Counted from the stretch's first letter, positions 36,291 through 49,974 are shown. The stretch: 64,000 nt of DNA from Felis catus (GCF_018350175.1 NC_058368.1:143656001-143720000), one strand, 5' to 3'. Made by a program: numbers and translations. The notes: generated by a model from the letters alone, not told the origin.

Positions 36291-38626
36291 ACATGGAGTA
36301 GAGAAATACTATGTTGTCATCTGAAAACTATGTATAATTCAACTTTTCAGGAGGGTGCAGTGAGCAGTAGATAGTGATGAGAAGTTAAGACTACAGACAT
36401 AATCAGAAGCCTATGTAGCCACACCAGCCACATTAAGGAATTTGGACTTGGAGGCACCTGGGGTAAATATCTTGTCCTGAAAAGTGATTCCATGAAGGTT
36501 TTTACCCAGTTCTATTTGTCCCCAAAGCCTGTGCTTTTTACATTATTACATATTTACTCCACAAACAATCTTAAAGTTCAGTATTTGCCAAAGATATAAA
36601 TAAATCGTCTTGTAAGTCAGAAAAAAATAATATTAAGTTGGAAAATACGTGAATAACATTACTTGGAAAATGTGTGTTATAATCCTGCTTTCAATATTTT
36701 TTGAACTTTGAGTCTATTAATTAGACATCTTACCCTCTGCTATTTTAATTTATTTTTTACACCCTGCTTTTTTATACCATACCATGCACTCTGTTGTCAT
36801 TAGTATTAAAATAGCAAACTGACCAGCATCTAATATTGGGCTGATACTTGGTGGGTGCTCCAAAACAGTCACTCTACTTTTTGAGAATCCAGCCACCGCC
36901 TTCAGTAGCTACCTGAGATGGATCTGAGACCAGACCTTCACATCAAGGGCATTTCTACCAAGGCACATCTGCTGGGCCTGATGGGAGCAGAGGTCTCTCC
37001 CAGGCTTGACTTAGGGGACTGACATCCCCTCGCTGGAGGTCAAGGGAAACCCAGTTACTAAGAATGACTCTGCTGCCCCTAAACCATTAGCATTTTCCAA
37101 AGAGGAACAGAAGCACAAAGACCATGCCCTCTGTCATATTTAACAGTCATACTGCCTCAGGAGGGCTGGGAAGAACCCTCTGGATGACCTCACGCTCCAT
37201 CCTAACATGAATGGTCTTCATCCTTTCCCACCAAACCATTTAAATAGAGAGGGTGCAGAGAAAGTCAACTGTAATCAATTGGTGCAGAGCAGAGAGCAGA
37301 GAGAGAACATTTTATATTCAAGAATAAATTGTCCAAGCAGGAAATGTCATTGGGGTGAGTCCTGTAATGAGACAGGAGAGAAACATCAAACAGTTGAGGA
37401 AACTCCAGGAAAGAAAAAGGAAAGCTCGAGAACTAGATGAAAGAGCATTAAGATTCTACGTCTTCAGAAAAAGACTTCTGAACAAAATTGCATCGATGGT
37501 GCTGGAAAGCCAACCTAGGACATACCCCCACCACAGGAGGTGGGTCAAGGAACTATCATTGCAATGAAAGCTCATGTTTCTCTTCAAAATTTTTGATTAA
37601 ATGCCCTGATTCTCATCATAAGACCAAAGAATGTAAATGTTTTCCAGTAAGAACAAGGTTGTCGGTTTAAACTTCCATATGATAGTCTGTTACAGATGAA
37701 GGCACATTCAATATTGTGTTTAACTCCGGGGTTGGAGAATGGAGGGTGGTTATTACCAGGAGAGGGAGATGGACGGGGTGTCAGTAATTTGCAGTAACGA
37801 ACTTAGCTGACGGTGGGAATGAATGTTTGTCATATTATTCCTTATAACCCTGTATATACCTGAAGCATTTTATATACATTTAAAAAGTGGATTGGAGATT
37901 CAGGCAATAGTTAGAGAAAGGAGAGAGGGGGCAAGAAAGAAATCAGAAGGGCAGGCATGAGACAAAGAGGAGAAATAAAGGAGAGATAGAAAAAAAGACG
38001 AGAAGGGATGGTTTTGAACCTACAAGAGTTTTTTGACTCAGTGCTGTTTGCTAGTGGTTTGCCCTATCAACCATTGCCCTGATTGAGTAAGCTCTCTGTC
38101 TCTCACCACACGAAGCTCAAGGAGAGGCTGAAGCCCGTGGCATTGTGATCTTTACAACCCAGACAAAAAAAGCAGTTCTTCCGAAGGAAAGAAGAGAAAA
38201 GAAAAGGAGGAGGAAAAGGACAGCAAATGCAGTTATTTCAAGAAGAAAAGAAAAAACAATCAACACACATATATATATGAATGAACCTAAAGCCACTCTA
38301 AACTATTCCCCTTTGGGGACAGAAGCAGATACCCCAGCCAAGTTCAAAATGAAATCCCATATCCCTCCAGACCCTTTTCTTGCCTTTACTGTGTAATTTA
38401 TATGCAAGTTGTCTGCATAGTTAATCTTTTGTAGCATCTGGTATTTATCATCAGAAACAGATTTGGGGGAGATTCTGGAGAAGCTCTTCGTATATTGTGG
38501 GTTTTTAACATTTCTCTACAAGTCTATTTCTTTAAAAGTTAGAAGTGCAGCTGAGTACAGGGAAATATGTAATACAAAGGAGGGGGGGCACATTACCAGG
38601 GAGGTGAAGGTAAAACAGAACTGAAT

Positions 38627-38793
38627 TTTTTTAGTGTTTATTTATTTTTGAGTGGGGGAGGGACAGAGAGAATCTGAAGCGGGCTCTGCACTGACAGCAC
38701 AGAGCCCGACGTGGGGCTCAAAGTCACAAACTGCGAGATCATGACCTGAGTGGAAAGTCAGATGCTTAACTGACTGAGCCACCCAGACGCCCA
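38627..38793 (-). mobile_element. Can-SINE
   Basis: Reverse head and T tail; TSD gaact(g/a)aatttt. Confidence 0.88.
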
Positions 38794-41623
38794 AAAGGGA
38801 ACTAAATTTTACAGCTAAAGGGACTTTGAAAGTCTTCCAGTTTGGCTCCCTGATTTTTTACAAGGAACACTGGCTACAATGGCTGAGCTAATACTAGAAG
38901 CTAGGTTTTCTGAAATGTCATTCGGGTTTGCCTCAAGGTTTTATTTTCCCCCCAAAAGGAGAAAATGGAAAGGTTTTATTAGATTATCCATTTAGAGTGA
39001 TGACTAAGACGTGTAAAATGATATTGTTCAACTTCTGTAAGTGGGATCAGCATTGCATTCGACCGGCCTGAGAGAGTCAGGACTCTATGCCTTCTGGGAA
39101 GGTGCTTTCCAGTACTGGTGACGGAGAATATCTCTCAGTGTTCATTCTCAAGATGCAGGTCTGAGATCTTGCCGGACCCATCACACAGGCTAGATCTTTG
39201 CAGGACATCAGTTGGACCCGTCTTCCTTCTCACGTACTACAGTCGTCCCTTCTCTGTGGCCTGTAGATTTGATTTAGAATTTCAGAAAAATCTAGAAATA
39301 AACAAATAGATGAAAGTTCAGAGAAGCGTTTGCCCATTGGAGCGAAGATTCAACTTTTAGCACTCTTCAACTGTGGTGAATGAAAAAATAAAAAATAAAA
39401 ACAAATTTAAAATTAGAATAATAATTAGAGAGCAGAAAACGACGGTAATTAGAGCTCATGTGGGAAAGTCACAGTCCATATATTTTGGAACAAGGTAGGC
39501 TTTCCATGTTCTGTTTCTTAGCTCCTTTTGTGTATATTTATTTTAGAAAATCCAGAAAGTATTGTAAATGTCTTCACTTTCACTGTAATATTGTCCAGCT
39601 TTCCCTTTATTGGCAAACATAAATGGATCATGGTTTTCTCAAAGTTTAGGGGCTTGTACTTCCATGTGTAAAAAAAAAATCAGTATAGTTAAAGGCTAAT
39701 TTAATTAGCAAATTTGCAGTTATCTGAATTAACTATCACTTAAAATTTAATTTACCAGACATGACAATTTTGATTAAATTAAGTCATTCCTAATATATTT
39801 TAATAGACCTGAACCACGAAGTACCTTAAACTCTGTATGGAGACAGCTTGGCCTAGAGAGACGAACAGTATATGTGAATTCTAGAGAGTTGGGGTTGACC
39901 ACACGTTGACCTGAGTTCTTCACTTTACTTCTCTGAGTTCTAGAATCCTAATTTGTGTAGAAGGGCACCAGTCGCCCTTCTGCCTAGCTGGTGGGCTGTT
40001 GTAAGAATCCAGAGAGATAGTGTAGTTAGAGATGTTTATAACCTGGAACACCGTGCACGCCATGTATGTTTTGTTTGTGGCATTGTTATTAAAATAAAGG
40101 GTTTTGTATGCATTATCATTTTCCTGAAAAGCAATGGTTTTCAGAAAAGGAATTGGGGAAACTTTTTTTCCTTGTAACTATAAAATATCAAGAGGTTTCA
40201 TTTCCCCACGTGAGTCATTTCTACTCTGCTCTAGTTCTTTCTGGAGTGACACCTCTTCCCTCCAGATTCTCTTGCCACTCACAGTCAGATTGCACACCAC
40301 TCTCCTCACTGGACCTCAACATCGCCCTGCTGGCAGATGCCACAGGAGTGCATTTCTTCTCCCATGGCGCTTGCATTCCAGAATACGAGAGCCAAAGACA
40401 TCAGAGTACCAGAAGGATCAGATAGGAGGGTGAGTAGTTGATGCCCAGTGAATAGGATAATGCCCATGAGGTGTTTATCCTCTTCCATAACTTCATAGCC
40501 CAATGTGACTAGATACTAACAGGGAGAAATTAAGCTTACTTTTTCTTAGGAATTTCACGGGCATATGAAAGAACATGGTTAAAAAGGACTAAGTTAATTT
40601 AACGCTAGTCATTTTTTTCAAACTTTCTGGTATTTAGTGTCAGTTCCTACTTGTCCCAGCCATGCCCGCCTGTAGGTGTGTGGGCCTTAAAAGCACAGTC
40701 TTCATGTTGCTCTGAGTGAACAAAAGCAAAGTTGAGCGCAGGGACATCCTGTGCCTCCTAAAATTAGTTTGTACCATCAAGCCAGGTGAGTAGTGTTCAA
40801 GGTCAGTCACCCCACCCCCGAGAATCAGGCATCCTTCTTCCATGCCCCATCTGCAGGACTCGCCTGTTACCCAGATCCTTGTTCTTGATCAGGTTCTACC
40901 TCACGACTGGAATCCTGCCAACTGACACAGCTCTTGGGCTCCATTTGCTTCAGGGACCCAACTTGTCTGTGCGTCAAACAGAAGCCCAAGAGTAGATGAG
41001 AGACCCAGAGTGAGCTAGTGACAGGATCTAATCCAGAATGCAGGTCTTCCGGTACCAACCCTGGGCCCATTCACATATCACATATTTTTATGAAAGACAC
41101 ATATCGTTTTGGGTCTTACTGCCACTTTTCTTCTAGTGATGTGGATGGTATGTTGCGTTTTGTCTGAGATTAACAGTATCAGTTATTCTTCTCAAATGGT
41201 AAATACTTAGTTTTACTTTGAGAGTGAAGAAAGCCATAGATGTCCCTGCAAGAAAAGAAGGTATAAGACCCTGATCTGTGTATTTTGGGTATGATCTTAT
41301 TACAAACTGAACCCATGTCCAGAATAAATGTGGACCATTCTCAGCAGAGCTTAGGAGCATTAAAACATTTATTATCACATCACAGCAATGCTAATAAAAA
41401 TCAGATTGGTATGATTTTCAGAGAAGAAACTAAAGATACACTCAAGCTGTGTTCATAGTAATAGAGTCTTTGTGAAAGATAATTAGCTTGTTTATGTACT
41501 GTATTAACAACAAAAAATTTTTTACAGACCAATGAGCATCTCCTAACTAAAATCAGTGATTTATATTAAGACATAAAAATGGTTCTACCAGTGAAAAAAC
41601 TAAAGCACATGTCTCCGTCTGCG

Positions 41624-41750
41624 GTAGAGTTGCCAGGTAAAATACAAGATGCCCAGTTAAATATGAATTTAATATGAATAACAAATAGTTTTTATACTAG
41701 TAAAACTTTAAATTTAACTCAGCTTCCCATATTTTTGATAAATATGGACA
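41624..41750 (+). mobile_element. MER53-like DNA transposon fossil
   Basis: gttgccaggtaaaatacaagatgcccagttaaat; partial inverted end. Confidence 0.6.
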
Positions 41751-41864
41751 CTATAATTTAAGGGGCAGATTTTGTTTCCAGCTAGTGGTCCTGTATAAAA
41801 CCAAAGGATATGATGGCACACTCATTTGGAAAATATTTAAATACAATTTCAAATCTTACTGAGG

Positions 41865-42074
41865 CAGGGTTTCTTGGCATTGTCACTACTGACCATTTAG
41901 GCTGGATAATTCTTTGTGAGGGGCTACTCTGCGCATTGTAGGGTGTTTAACAGCATCCGTGGCCTCTACCCACTAGGTGTCAATAGCATTCCCTAGTTGT
42001 GACAGCCAGAAATGTGTCCAGACATTGCTAAATATCCCCTGGGACACAACATAATCTCTGGCTGACGACCACTG
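41865..42074. mobile_element. MER20 (hAT-Charlie)
   Basis: gcattgtagggtgtttaacagcatccgtggcctctacccactag...tccagacattgc; 8-bp TSD t(a/t)ctgagg. Confidence 0.85.
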
Positions 42075-43259
42075 TTCTGAGGGAAGAAGCTTATTTATAA
42101 GTAAATATGGTGCATGTATTTTTTTGGTAGAAAACTAGTCTGTCCTTGTCTGGAAGAAAGAAGGGAAACCCCATATTTTCTACAGTTTTCGTTTTAAAGC
42201 ATCTTGAGAGAGACACCAATGGAGAACTGATGGAAAGTGGTTGAGAAGCTGAAGAGCTGGTAGACAGGATTGTTTTGCAATCTGAGGCTCTGTGAGAGAA
42301 GCCTCTGCTTCCTCTTTGAGATAAAAAAGGCAGTAGAAGGGACTTAAGTGAAGGCTCGTGTTCCCAACATAGCCTCCATCCAGGCTCTGAAAGAACAGTT
42401 AGTACAGAGTCTGCTGATTTCTGGAAAAGGAGTGTTGTATTTGGATAGCAATAATTGAAATTCCAACCTAGACCACCTAGCTGAAGAATCATGTGTGTGT
42501 CCAAAAAACCCAAATTGCCAGGAGATGTGTTGAGAACCAGAGTGGGGAAAACTGTTTACTGTTTGATCTCCAGAAAACAATTTGACAGGAAATTTTACTA
42601 TGGTGTTGTTGCTTCTGTTTTCCCCAAGAAAACATATGAATTTAGTTGATTGTCTAAACCAAGAAAGTAATGTGGTTACACATATTATGGAGGCATTTTT
42701 TAAAGAATTAACCTTTCAATCCTTTGTGGCTCTAATTACTGTTTTTTGGTCGTACATAGAGAGTCACTAATCATTCATTCCTCCAAAGAATTTACAGCAT
42801 AATCCTATTTTCCACTCAAGTTCTACATGATTGCCAGATTGGAGTGAAAAATCAAATCAACTTCCAATGAAGAGAGACTCAAAAGAACAGTGGTTCAAAC
42901 AAAATTCCAAAGAGAATACATGAGCTTCTTATTCTGCCTTTATTAATTTGAAATCTACAATTTTGTATTTTGTGAGGGTAGTGCAAAAAATATTCTTTCA
43001 ACTGAATCATTCTAACAAAATTTAGGGGACAAATATCCCCACTAATATTCTTTTTTAAAGTTAGGTCAAGGCAATTCTGCTCTAAGGGTGAAGCACTTAA
43101 GTTCTGGTCTGAAGTTCTTTGTTTAGACACACTATATACACAATGCAGCAGAGACCCATTGTCCTTGAGATAAAGTCTTGAGTCTGTACTGCACTCTGCA
43201 GGGTCCTGACGTATCTGGCTGGAGTTGATCACACTTTCTCTAGCTCCTAGCATATAGGC

Positions 43260-44095
43260 TAAGCTGCTCCAACATAGAGACCCCAAAGTGAATTTGCTCA
43301 AAAAAGATCAAAGTTGGTTATTCTCTCACAAAACAGTTTAGAATGATGCAGGTGTTCAAAGGCCCGGGATTCATGTGGAGCTCGACCCATGTGGTGATCT
43401 AGTGACCAGGTACTCTATCTTCTTGCTCCTCATCTATATGGTCAAAGCTTACTCACCAGCACCCTCTTTGTGCTCCAGTCTGAAGAAATATGGGCAGAAT
43501 GGCAGGCGAAAAAGCTTTCTTTTAAAGATGTATTGCAGGTGGGTTTCCTAGGAAACAGATTCTGAGGCGGGGATCAGCATGCAGGAGGTTTGTTAGGGAG
43601 TGCTCCTGAGATCAACAGCTGTAGGGGGAGAGGAAGGAAGCAGAACTGTGCAGGGGAGAAGCTATGCTGCAGGACAGGCATGACAAGGCCTCAAGTGACC
43701 CTCTCGAGAGCCCTGAAGCTAACATGGCCCTTCAGAAGGGGGATGGAGAGTTGGGCCTTTATATCCCTTGACCAGTGATAAGCTGTGAGCGGCTCCAGGT
43801 CGGGGACGTTGCCTGGGATGAGATGGCTCTTTTTAGCTCAGGCGATTTTCAAAGAGGGCTGTTGGCCAACAGCTATCTGGATGGCTACATGGCAGCACAG
43901 CACAATAGCCAGGACGTGATGTGACCTGGAAGTTGCACGAACCTCTTCTACTTACATCCATTATCTGGAATATCTCGAATGACCTAGAATGACCACCACA
44001 GTTCCAAAAGAGACTGAGAAATATAGCCTTTAGCTAAAAGGCATGTGCCTATCTATGAACTAAAAGGAAGAAGGGGAGAATGGGTATTGGGGAAC
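43260..44095. mobile_element. Old MaLR (MLT1-like) LTR remnant interrupted by an LTR16-like ERVL LTR (~43530-43910)
   Basis: gcatgcaggaggtttgttagggagtgctcctgagatcaacagctgtag resembles LTR16; flanks MLT1-like. Confidence 0.55.
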
Positions 44096-45389
44096 GATCA
44101 CAAGAGGGAAGATAATCATTGCTTGAGTTTGTTCCACTTATTGACCATTTTAGATCAAAAGCTATTTCATTGAGGAAGCCACCTGCAGAGCACCAAGGCA
44201 GAAAGAAAGCTAAAATTGGGGCAAGAACAACAGAGGTTCCTTATATCCAGTGATGTCCCTTGACTAGTGATGACTACACCAAACTTAGCTAGATTTTGGA
44301 ATGAGCCAGGGACTGATTCCCCAGAACTTTGCAGGAAGAGGTTCCTAGGGGCACAATTCCAATCTCCTTCCCCAAAGCACAAGCTACAAGGAGAACTAAA
44401 TAAAGCAGTATCTCCATGAAGGGCCTTACTTTGGGCTCTATCTATATCCATCTATGGGATGAGGGGCTTTTCTGAGACCTGCTACATGTCAGAACGAGTC
44501 ACTTAATATAGAGGGTAAAGTGTACTAAAATATGATTCTGATTCTGCAGAGAATACAGTAACTGTACTGACCCAAATCAAACACACATCAGATAGCACTG
44601 AAATACTTTATCACTTTCTGTTAAAGGTACTTGGATTTCAGCATAATAATTGTGTGTAGAAAGGAAGGAGACTGAGGGAAGCTTAAGTGCCTGCTGTCCC
44701 TCTTTCTGAACAAAGCAGCCAGACTGGTTCCTGCTACTGACTAGACCAGGAATTGGAAGCTAAAATCAAAGCCACTACTATAGGCTGAGCGCATAAGGAG
44801 ATCATTAGCCTCAAAGGAAGCCTGGTAATTAACCCTCACCAGTAACAGAACTGTATTGCATAGTACGGCAATAACCAACCAACCTCTTGTGCATTTGGAA
44901 TAAGAGAAAGGAGGAGCCAGTCAGTCTGCAGGAACAGGAAAAATAATAGTGAAACTATAGAGACCAAAACAAAGAGAGTATGAAGGACCATAACGGTCTG
45001 ACTTCCAGAATGCCTGACGGACGGACTCCTAGAAGATTCCTCTCTCCTCTCCCCTCTGCCCTGGTCCCCATCCTCTCCCACACACCCAGAGCTGGATTAC
45101 CGTGTGCTTCTTAGCTACACACAGGCACGTCCACAGGGATCCTCCTGATGGGCCAAGTTTCTGCCGTCCTGAAAAAGTGTTTCATTTCTTGACTCCTGAG
45201 GAGTCATGCCAGGATTCTGCATACTGATATTTTAAGAATAAAACGAAATTACCATGAAGAGAACTACTTTGAGGCCCATCTAGGTCCACTTCTGGGATTT
45301 AGCCATAGTCAAGTATATGCAGGTGATAGTGATGGCCTGCCCTAAGCGTATTTGTACCAGGCAGGGAAGGAGAAAGATTAAGAAAGCTG

Positions 45390-45620
45390 TCTCTGGATTT
45401 GCACAGACCTGGGTTTAAACTTCAGCTTTGCCACGTATGAGCTATATGGCCTTAGAAAAGTCCTGTATCCCCTTTAAGCCTTCAGCTTCTCATTTTTAAA
45501 ACAAGCACATAAGGATAGTGTCTGCTTCCTCCTTGATTGTGAGAATTAAATGAGGTAAAATTAGCTCTTGGCACAGGGCCTAGAATGTAGTAAGCACCCC
45601 CAAAATGACAGCTGTAATAG
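45390..45620 (+). mobile_element. MIR
   Basis: cagacctgggtttaaac...ttgtgagaattaaatgag core. Confidence 0.7.
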
Positions 45621-47217
45621 TAGCTACCCCATAAGTAAGACCCCGTGGAAGACATTTACCTTAAGGTAAGAAGAAAGTCAACTGGACCCAGTAAAACAAA
45701 CAAACAAACAAACAAACCTCAAAAGGAGAGAATCTGAATACAGTTGGCTGGTCCCCAGCTCTCACCTCTGTCTCCCGGCCCAACTTCCCAGCAAATCATC
45801 CTCAAATTCCACGTGGAGGTGGGATTATAAGTAAAGTGTGACAAGAGCTGTTTCATTAAAAGCTCGTTGAGGCTTTGAGGTACAAGGCAGTGTTGCTTTG
45901 GCACCACCACCACTTCCTGCAGTGTGTATGTCTATGTTCCACCTGACCGGGGAAGCTGTAATCCCTCAAATTTCACTTCACAATGCTGCACAGCTTTGGA
46001 ATCTCACAGGATCCAAAGCGTCAGCGGTGATACCTGGAAAACGTGACACGCGTTTCCAGCAGACGAGACTGTGGTCATGATGTGATGACAGTACCTAGCA
46101 GACATCAACATGGTTGGTATAACAATGACCTCCCGCAGACACGACTGCGGTACTCAGCAGACGTGACAATGGTTCCTAGCGGTCGTGGTGATATCTCCGG
46201 CGCTCTGTGGCTAAAGCAGGACCTTCAGAAGCCACTACAGCCTGAGGCTGGTTGAGACCGAGTGGTGCCGGGGCCCAAGGTTCTGGTATTTATTGGCCAG
46301 TGGTTGGAGGAAGAGAGGAAGAACATGGCTGACACCAGGGAGTGGCTGCTAGTGTTTAGTTATGAACATGTGCAGCTCTAGCCCAAGGTATAGAAATTTG
46401 GGTATGAGGGAAGTGGTGAAGAGATTCTGAAGTGAGCTGGAGGGAAGAAAATAGGCAAGGAGGTATGGCATACACTTCTCTTATCTGGGATCCCTATAAG
46501 CATCAAATGAAGAACTTCCCCTATGGCACCATATTTCAGTGAGGGATTGGAGTGAGCACTGCACCAGGACCATAGAGCACTAGATTTTCATCCTACCCTG
46601 CCACTGACTCTCTCTGGGGAAGTGACTTAACCTCTTGGAAGCTCAGCTTCTCATCTGCAGAAAGGAGGGAAGAGAGTTGCACTTGATAACCAAGACCCTT
46701 TCTATAATGGTTTTACTTCATCACTACCGGATTCAGATAAAGCCAAGGTCTCTTTAGCACTCTTCTCCAGTGGAAATGTGTAACTCCCAAGGACTTGGAA
46801 CTGTTACCATTTTGGTAAGGAATCTTTTCATGGAAATATTACATCCTTTAAAGTAATTAACATTCAGTACTCAACCTTAGAACATTATCCAAATTTAGAT
46901 GAGAAAAGATGAAGGAAGGGAAAAGGTGTTACCCTATCATACTTTTTCTTTTGGGCATGCAAATAAAGATTCATTTAGGGGATGGGGAAAGTTTTCGTTT
47001 CTTTAGTACTGAGTTGGTGGCAGCAAGAGCTAAGTAGGAGTTGACTATCTCAGGTATAGATTTTCCTGAGGTGATTCAGGTATCCAGGCTGCGTCCTTGC
47101 AGCCAAGACAAATGATGCCCTCCTGGGGCTTGCATGCTTGATTACAAGTAAGAGACCTTCTGTAGAGGTCTACAAGTCCCTAGGGAGATAGGAGGGCACA
47201 TTCTAAAGGGCTAAAGC

Positions 47218-47630
47218 TGGTGCACCTGGGGGGCTCACTTAGCTAAGTGACCAGTTCTTGATTTTGGCTCAGGACATGACCTCGTGGTTCATGGGATTGA
47301 GCCCTGTGTCGACTCTGCGCTGACAGCACAGAGCCTGCTTGGGATTCTTTCTCCCTCTCTCTCTGCCTCTCTTTCTCTCTCAAATAAACAAATCAGCATT
47401 TAAAAAATAAATAAAGGGGGGCGCCTGGGTGGCGCAGTCAGTTGAGCGTCTGACTTCGGCCAGGTCACGATCTCGCTGTCCGTGAGTTCGAGCCCCGCGT
47501 CAGGCTCTGGGCTGATGGCTCAGAGCCTGGAGCCTGTTTCAGATTCTGTGTCTCCCTCTCTCTCTGCCCCTCGCCCATTCATGCTCTGTCTCTCTCTGTC
47601 CCAAAAATAAATAAACGTTGAAAAAATAAA
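47218..47630 (+). mobile_element. Older Can-SINE with a young SINEC_Fc (~47419-47620) nested in its tail
   Basis: Outer TSD taaagggctaaagctgg; inner TSD aaaaaataaataaaggg. Confidence 0.92.
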
Positions 47631-48754
47631 TAAAGGGCTAAAGCTGGCCTCCCCTGGGGGATAGGGGTAGACAACTGGTACCTCTATGAGATGTAATAGG
47701 AGGGGTGAATTCATATTCTGGAGCTCATCCCCATGCCTTCTGGTACATCTCCCCCTCTGATAAAGAACCTCTGATAATCATGTGTTTCACTGGAACAACA
47801 CCATCCTCATCATTAGTAAAATGATTGCTGATTGTCGACATTCACGGAAAAGGTCCCTAGAGAGGCCAGGTGTCACAGGGAAGACTGGAAGACTGGCTCC
47901 CGAGGGGAATGTTCCTTTCCATGGTGAACGAGCCAGAGACCAGGGTCTGGGACTCAGCCTTAGACAAACAGATACTCTTCTCTTGTCAGTGTGTGAAGGA
48001 CGCGGAAGAATAATAAGCAGACTACCAGTATTGTCATTAAAAGGCAAGGTCTCTTTTATGAGGTTGACATTCGCCTCAGCCTGGTAAGAACATTCTTAGA
48101 CAAACTGCAAGGAAGCCAATTTAACAGAAAGCTGTCTGGCAAGCAGCAAGGGTGCTGCTGGATGGGGTCAGCCTGTAATTACCTGATGCATCCATTTCCA
48201 CCATGTGGCCTGCCTGCCTCTTGGACTTCTTGGTTGTGTTTGGAGCCAGGACAACCCTTCTGTGGACACTACTCACATGTCCACTGCCAATGTTTGCCTC
48301 ACTGACTCTTCCTGTGCCACCCATTTCCAAACTTCAATGTCTGACCACTTCCCTTTCTGACTGAGTCTTTCCTTTAATGTGTTACAATCTTTCATCAGGA
48401 CAGGTCACACTCTAAGATATGGCTGCATACTGAGTTTACCCACTACGTGTGCTCAGCTGACAAAAGGCTATTTCCTTTCATAGCCTAATTCTTGAGGTCA
48501 CCTCCTTGTTGCCCTCCTCCCATACAACACCTACACTGCAGTCTTAAAATATCATTTTGTTTTATTTCATTTCACTTTTATTTTCTGTGTGCTTTTAAAT
48601 GTCTCCACTGATTTTTTGAGTGGGATTGCTCTGAGAAAGGAGGTTATTTTTAGCATAGATTGAATCAAGGAAGATGAAACCTCATAACAAATTCAACTGC
48701 CATAATCAACTTCATTATATCAAAGGAGGCCAGGTTCTTTCCCTCTTACAATTT

Positions 48755-49274
48755 CTTTTTTTAATTATTTATTTATTTATTTATTTAGAGTATGTGCAAG
48801 GGGGGGAGAGGGGCAGAGGGAGAGAGAGAGAATCTTTTTGGTTTTTGTTTTTTAGTTTATTTATTTTGAGAGAGAAAGAGCACACGCACAGGGGAGTGCC
48901 AGAGAGAGAGTCCCAAACAGGCTCCACCCTCAGTGCAGAGCCCAACGCAGGACTCGATCTCACAACCCTAGGATCATGACCTGAGCCAAAATCAAGAGTC
49001 AGATACTCCGCGTGCCTGGGTGGCTCAATCAGTTGGGTGTCCGACTTCAGCTCAGGTCATGATCTCACCGTTCATGAGTTGGATCCCCACATCGGGCTCT
49101 GTGCTGACAGCTCGGAGCCTGGAGCCTGCTTCCGATTCTGTGTCTCCTTCTGTCTCTGCCCCTCCCCGACTTGTGCTCTCCCTCTGTCTCTAAAAACTAA
49201 ATAAATGTAAAAAAATTTTTTTTAATTAAAAAAAAGAGTCAGACACTCAACTGACTGAGCCAACCAGGTGCCCC
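48755..49274 (-). mobile_element. Nested SINE cluster: double-tailed minus SINE with a plus SINE (49009-49233) inside its head
   Basis: Outer TSD tacaatttct; inner TSD aagagtcaga(t/c)actc. Confidence 0.88.
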
Positions 49275-49974
49275 TCTCTGGTACAATTTCTATTTGAGAG
49301 ATAAAGCTGTGTTCATAAATGGTAAGATGAATATACATATATTATCACATTTAGAATTACTACTAGCTCTAAAAGTTGGTCAGTAAAATACTGGCAATGT
49401 GAAGTAATAAGTTTTCCTTTCTCTTTTTCATAAGATTTTGGTTGTTTTGTTTGTGTTTTGTAACCACTAGCGGCTACTAAAAACCCCAAGCCTAGACAAA
49501 CTGCTTGTGACTTCAACCTTAGATGAACAGATTCAAATAGGATAAGATTAATCCATACCTCACTCCCAGTAATGAACGCTAAAGAGCAGGCAAATAGTTG
49601 CTCCTTTCCAGATTTCGATCTTCTATTTGCTTTAATCATTTATTTTTATTTATTGATCCCCTCTATTATATATTTATTTATTCCTACCTGTTTTGTTCCA
49701 CAAAGCACTTAAGACAGATGAGAAGAACACAGGATGGAAGTTAGGATAGGGGAAAATAAAAATCAGTGTTAGATAAAGTTAGAGGGAGGAGGTAAAGATA
49801 CATAGGATAGTAGTAGTTCCCGCATAATTATTAGAGTAGAGGTCAGTATTTGGGCTGGGCTTCCTGGTGGCAAAAGGAAAAGTGAAAATTTAACAGATAC
49901 AAAATTACCTATTACTTATAAAGAAAATCTCCACAAATAAATAAAGCCTTTTTTGGCATTTGAACGTGAAATTT

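Noticed and set aside
45190..45206. Short palindrome TGACTCCT-G-AGGAGTCA
   Set aside because: 8-bp arms occur by chance in 64 kb; no supporting context
46035..46198. CRISPR-like repeat-spacer array
   Set aside because: Mammalian DNA, degenerate mostly abutting units, no unique spacers, no cas genes; kept only as a minisatellite finding
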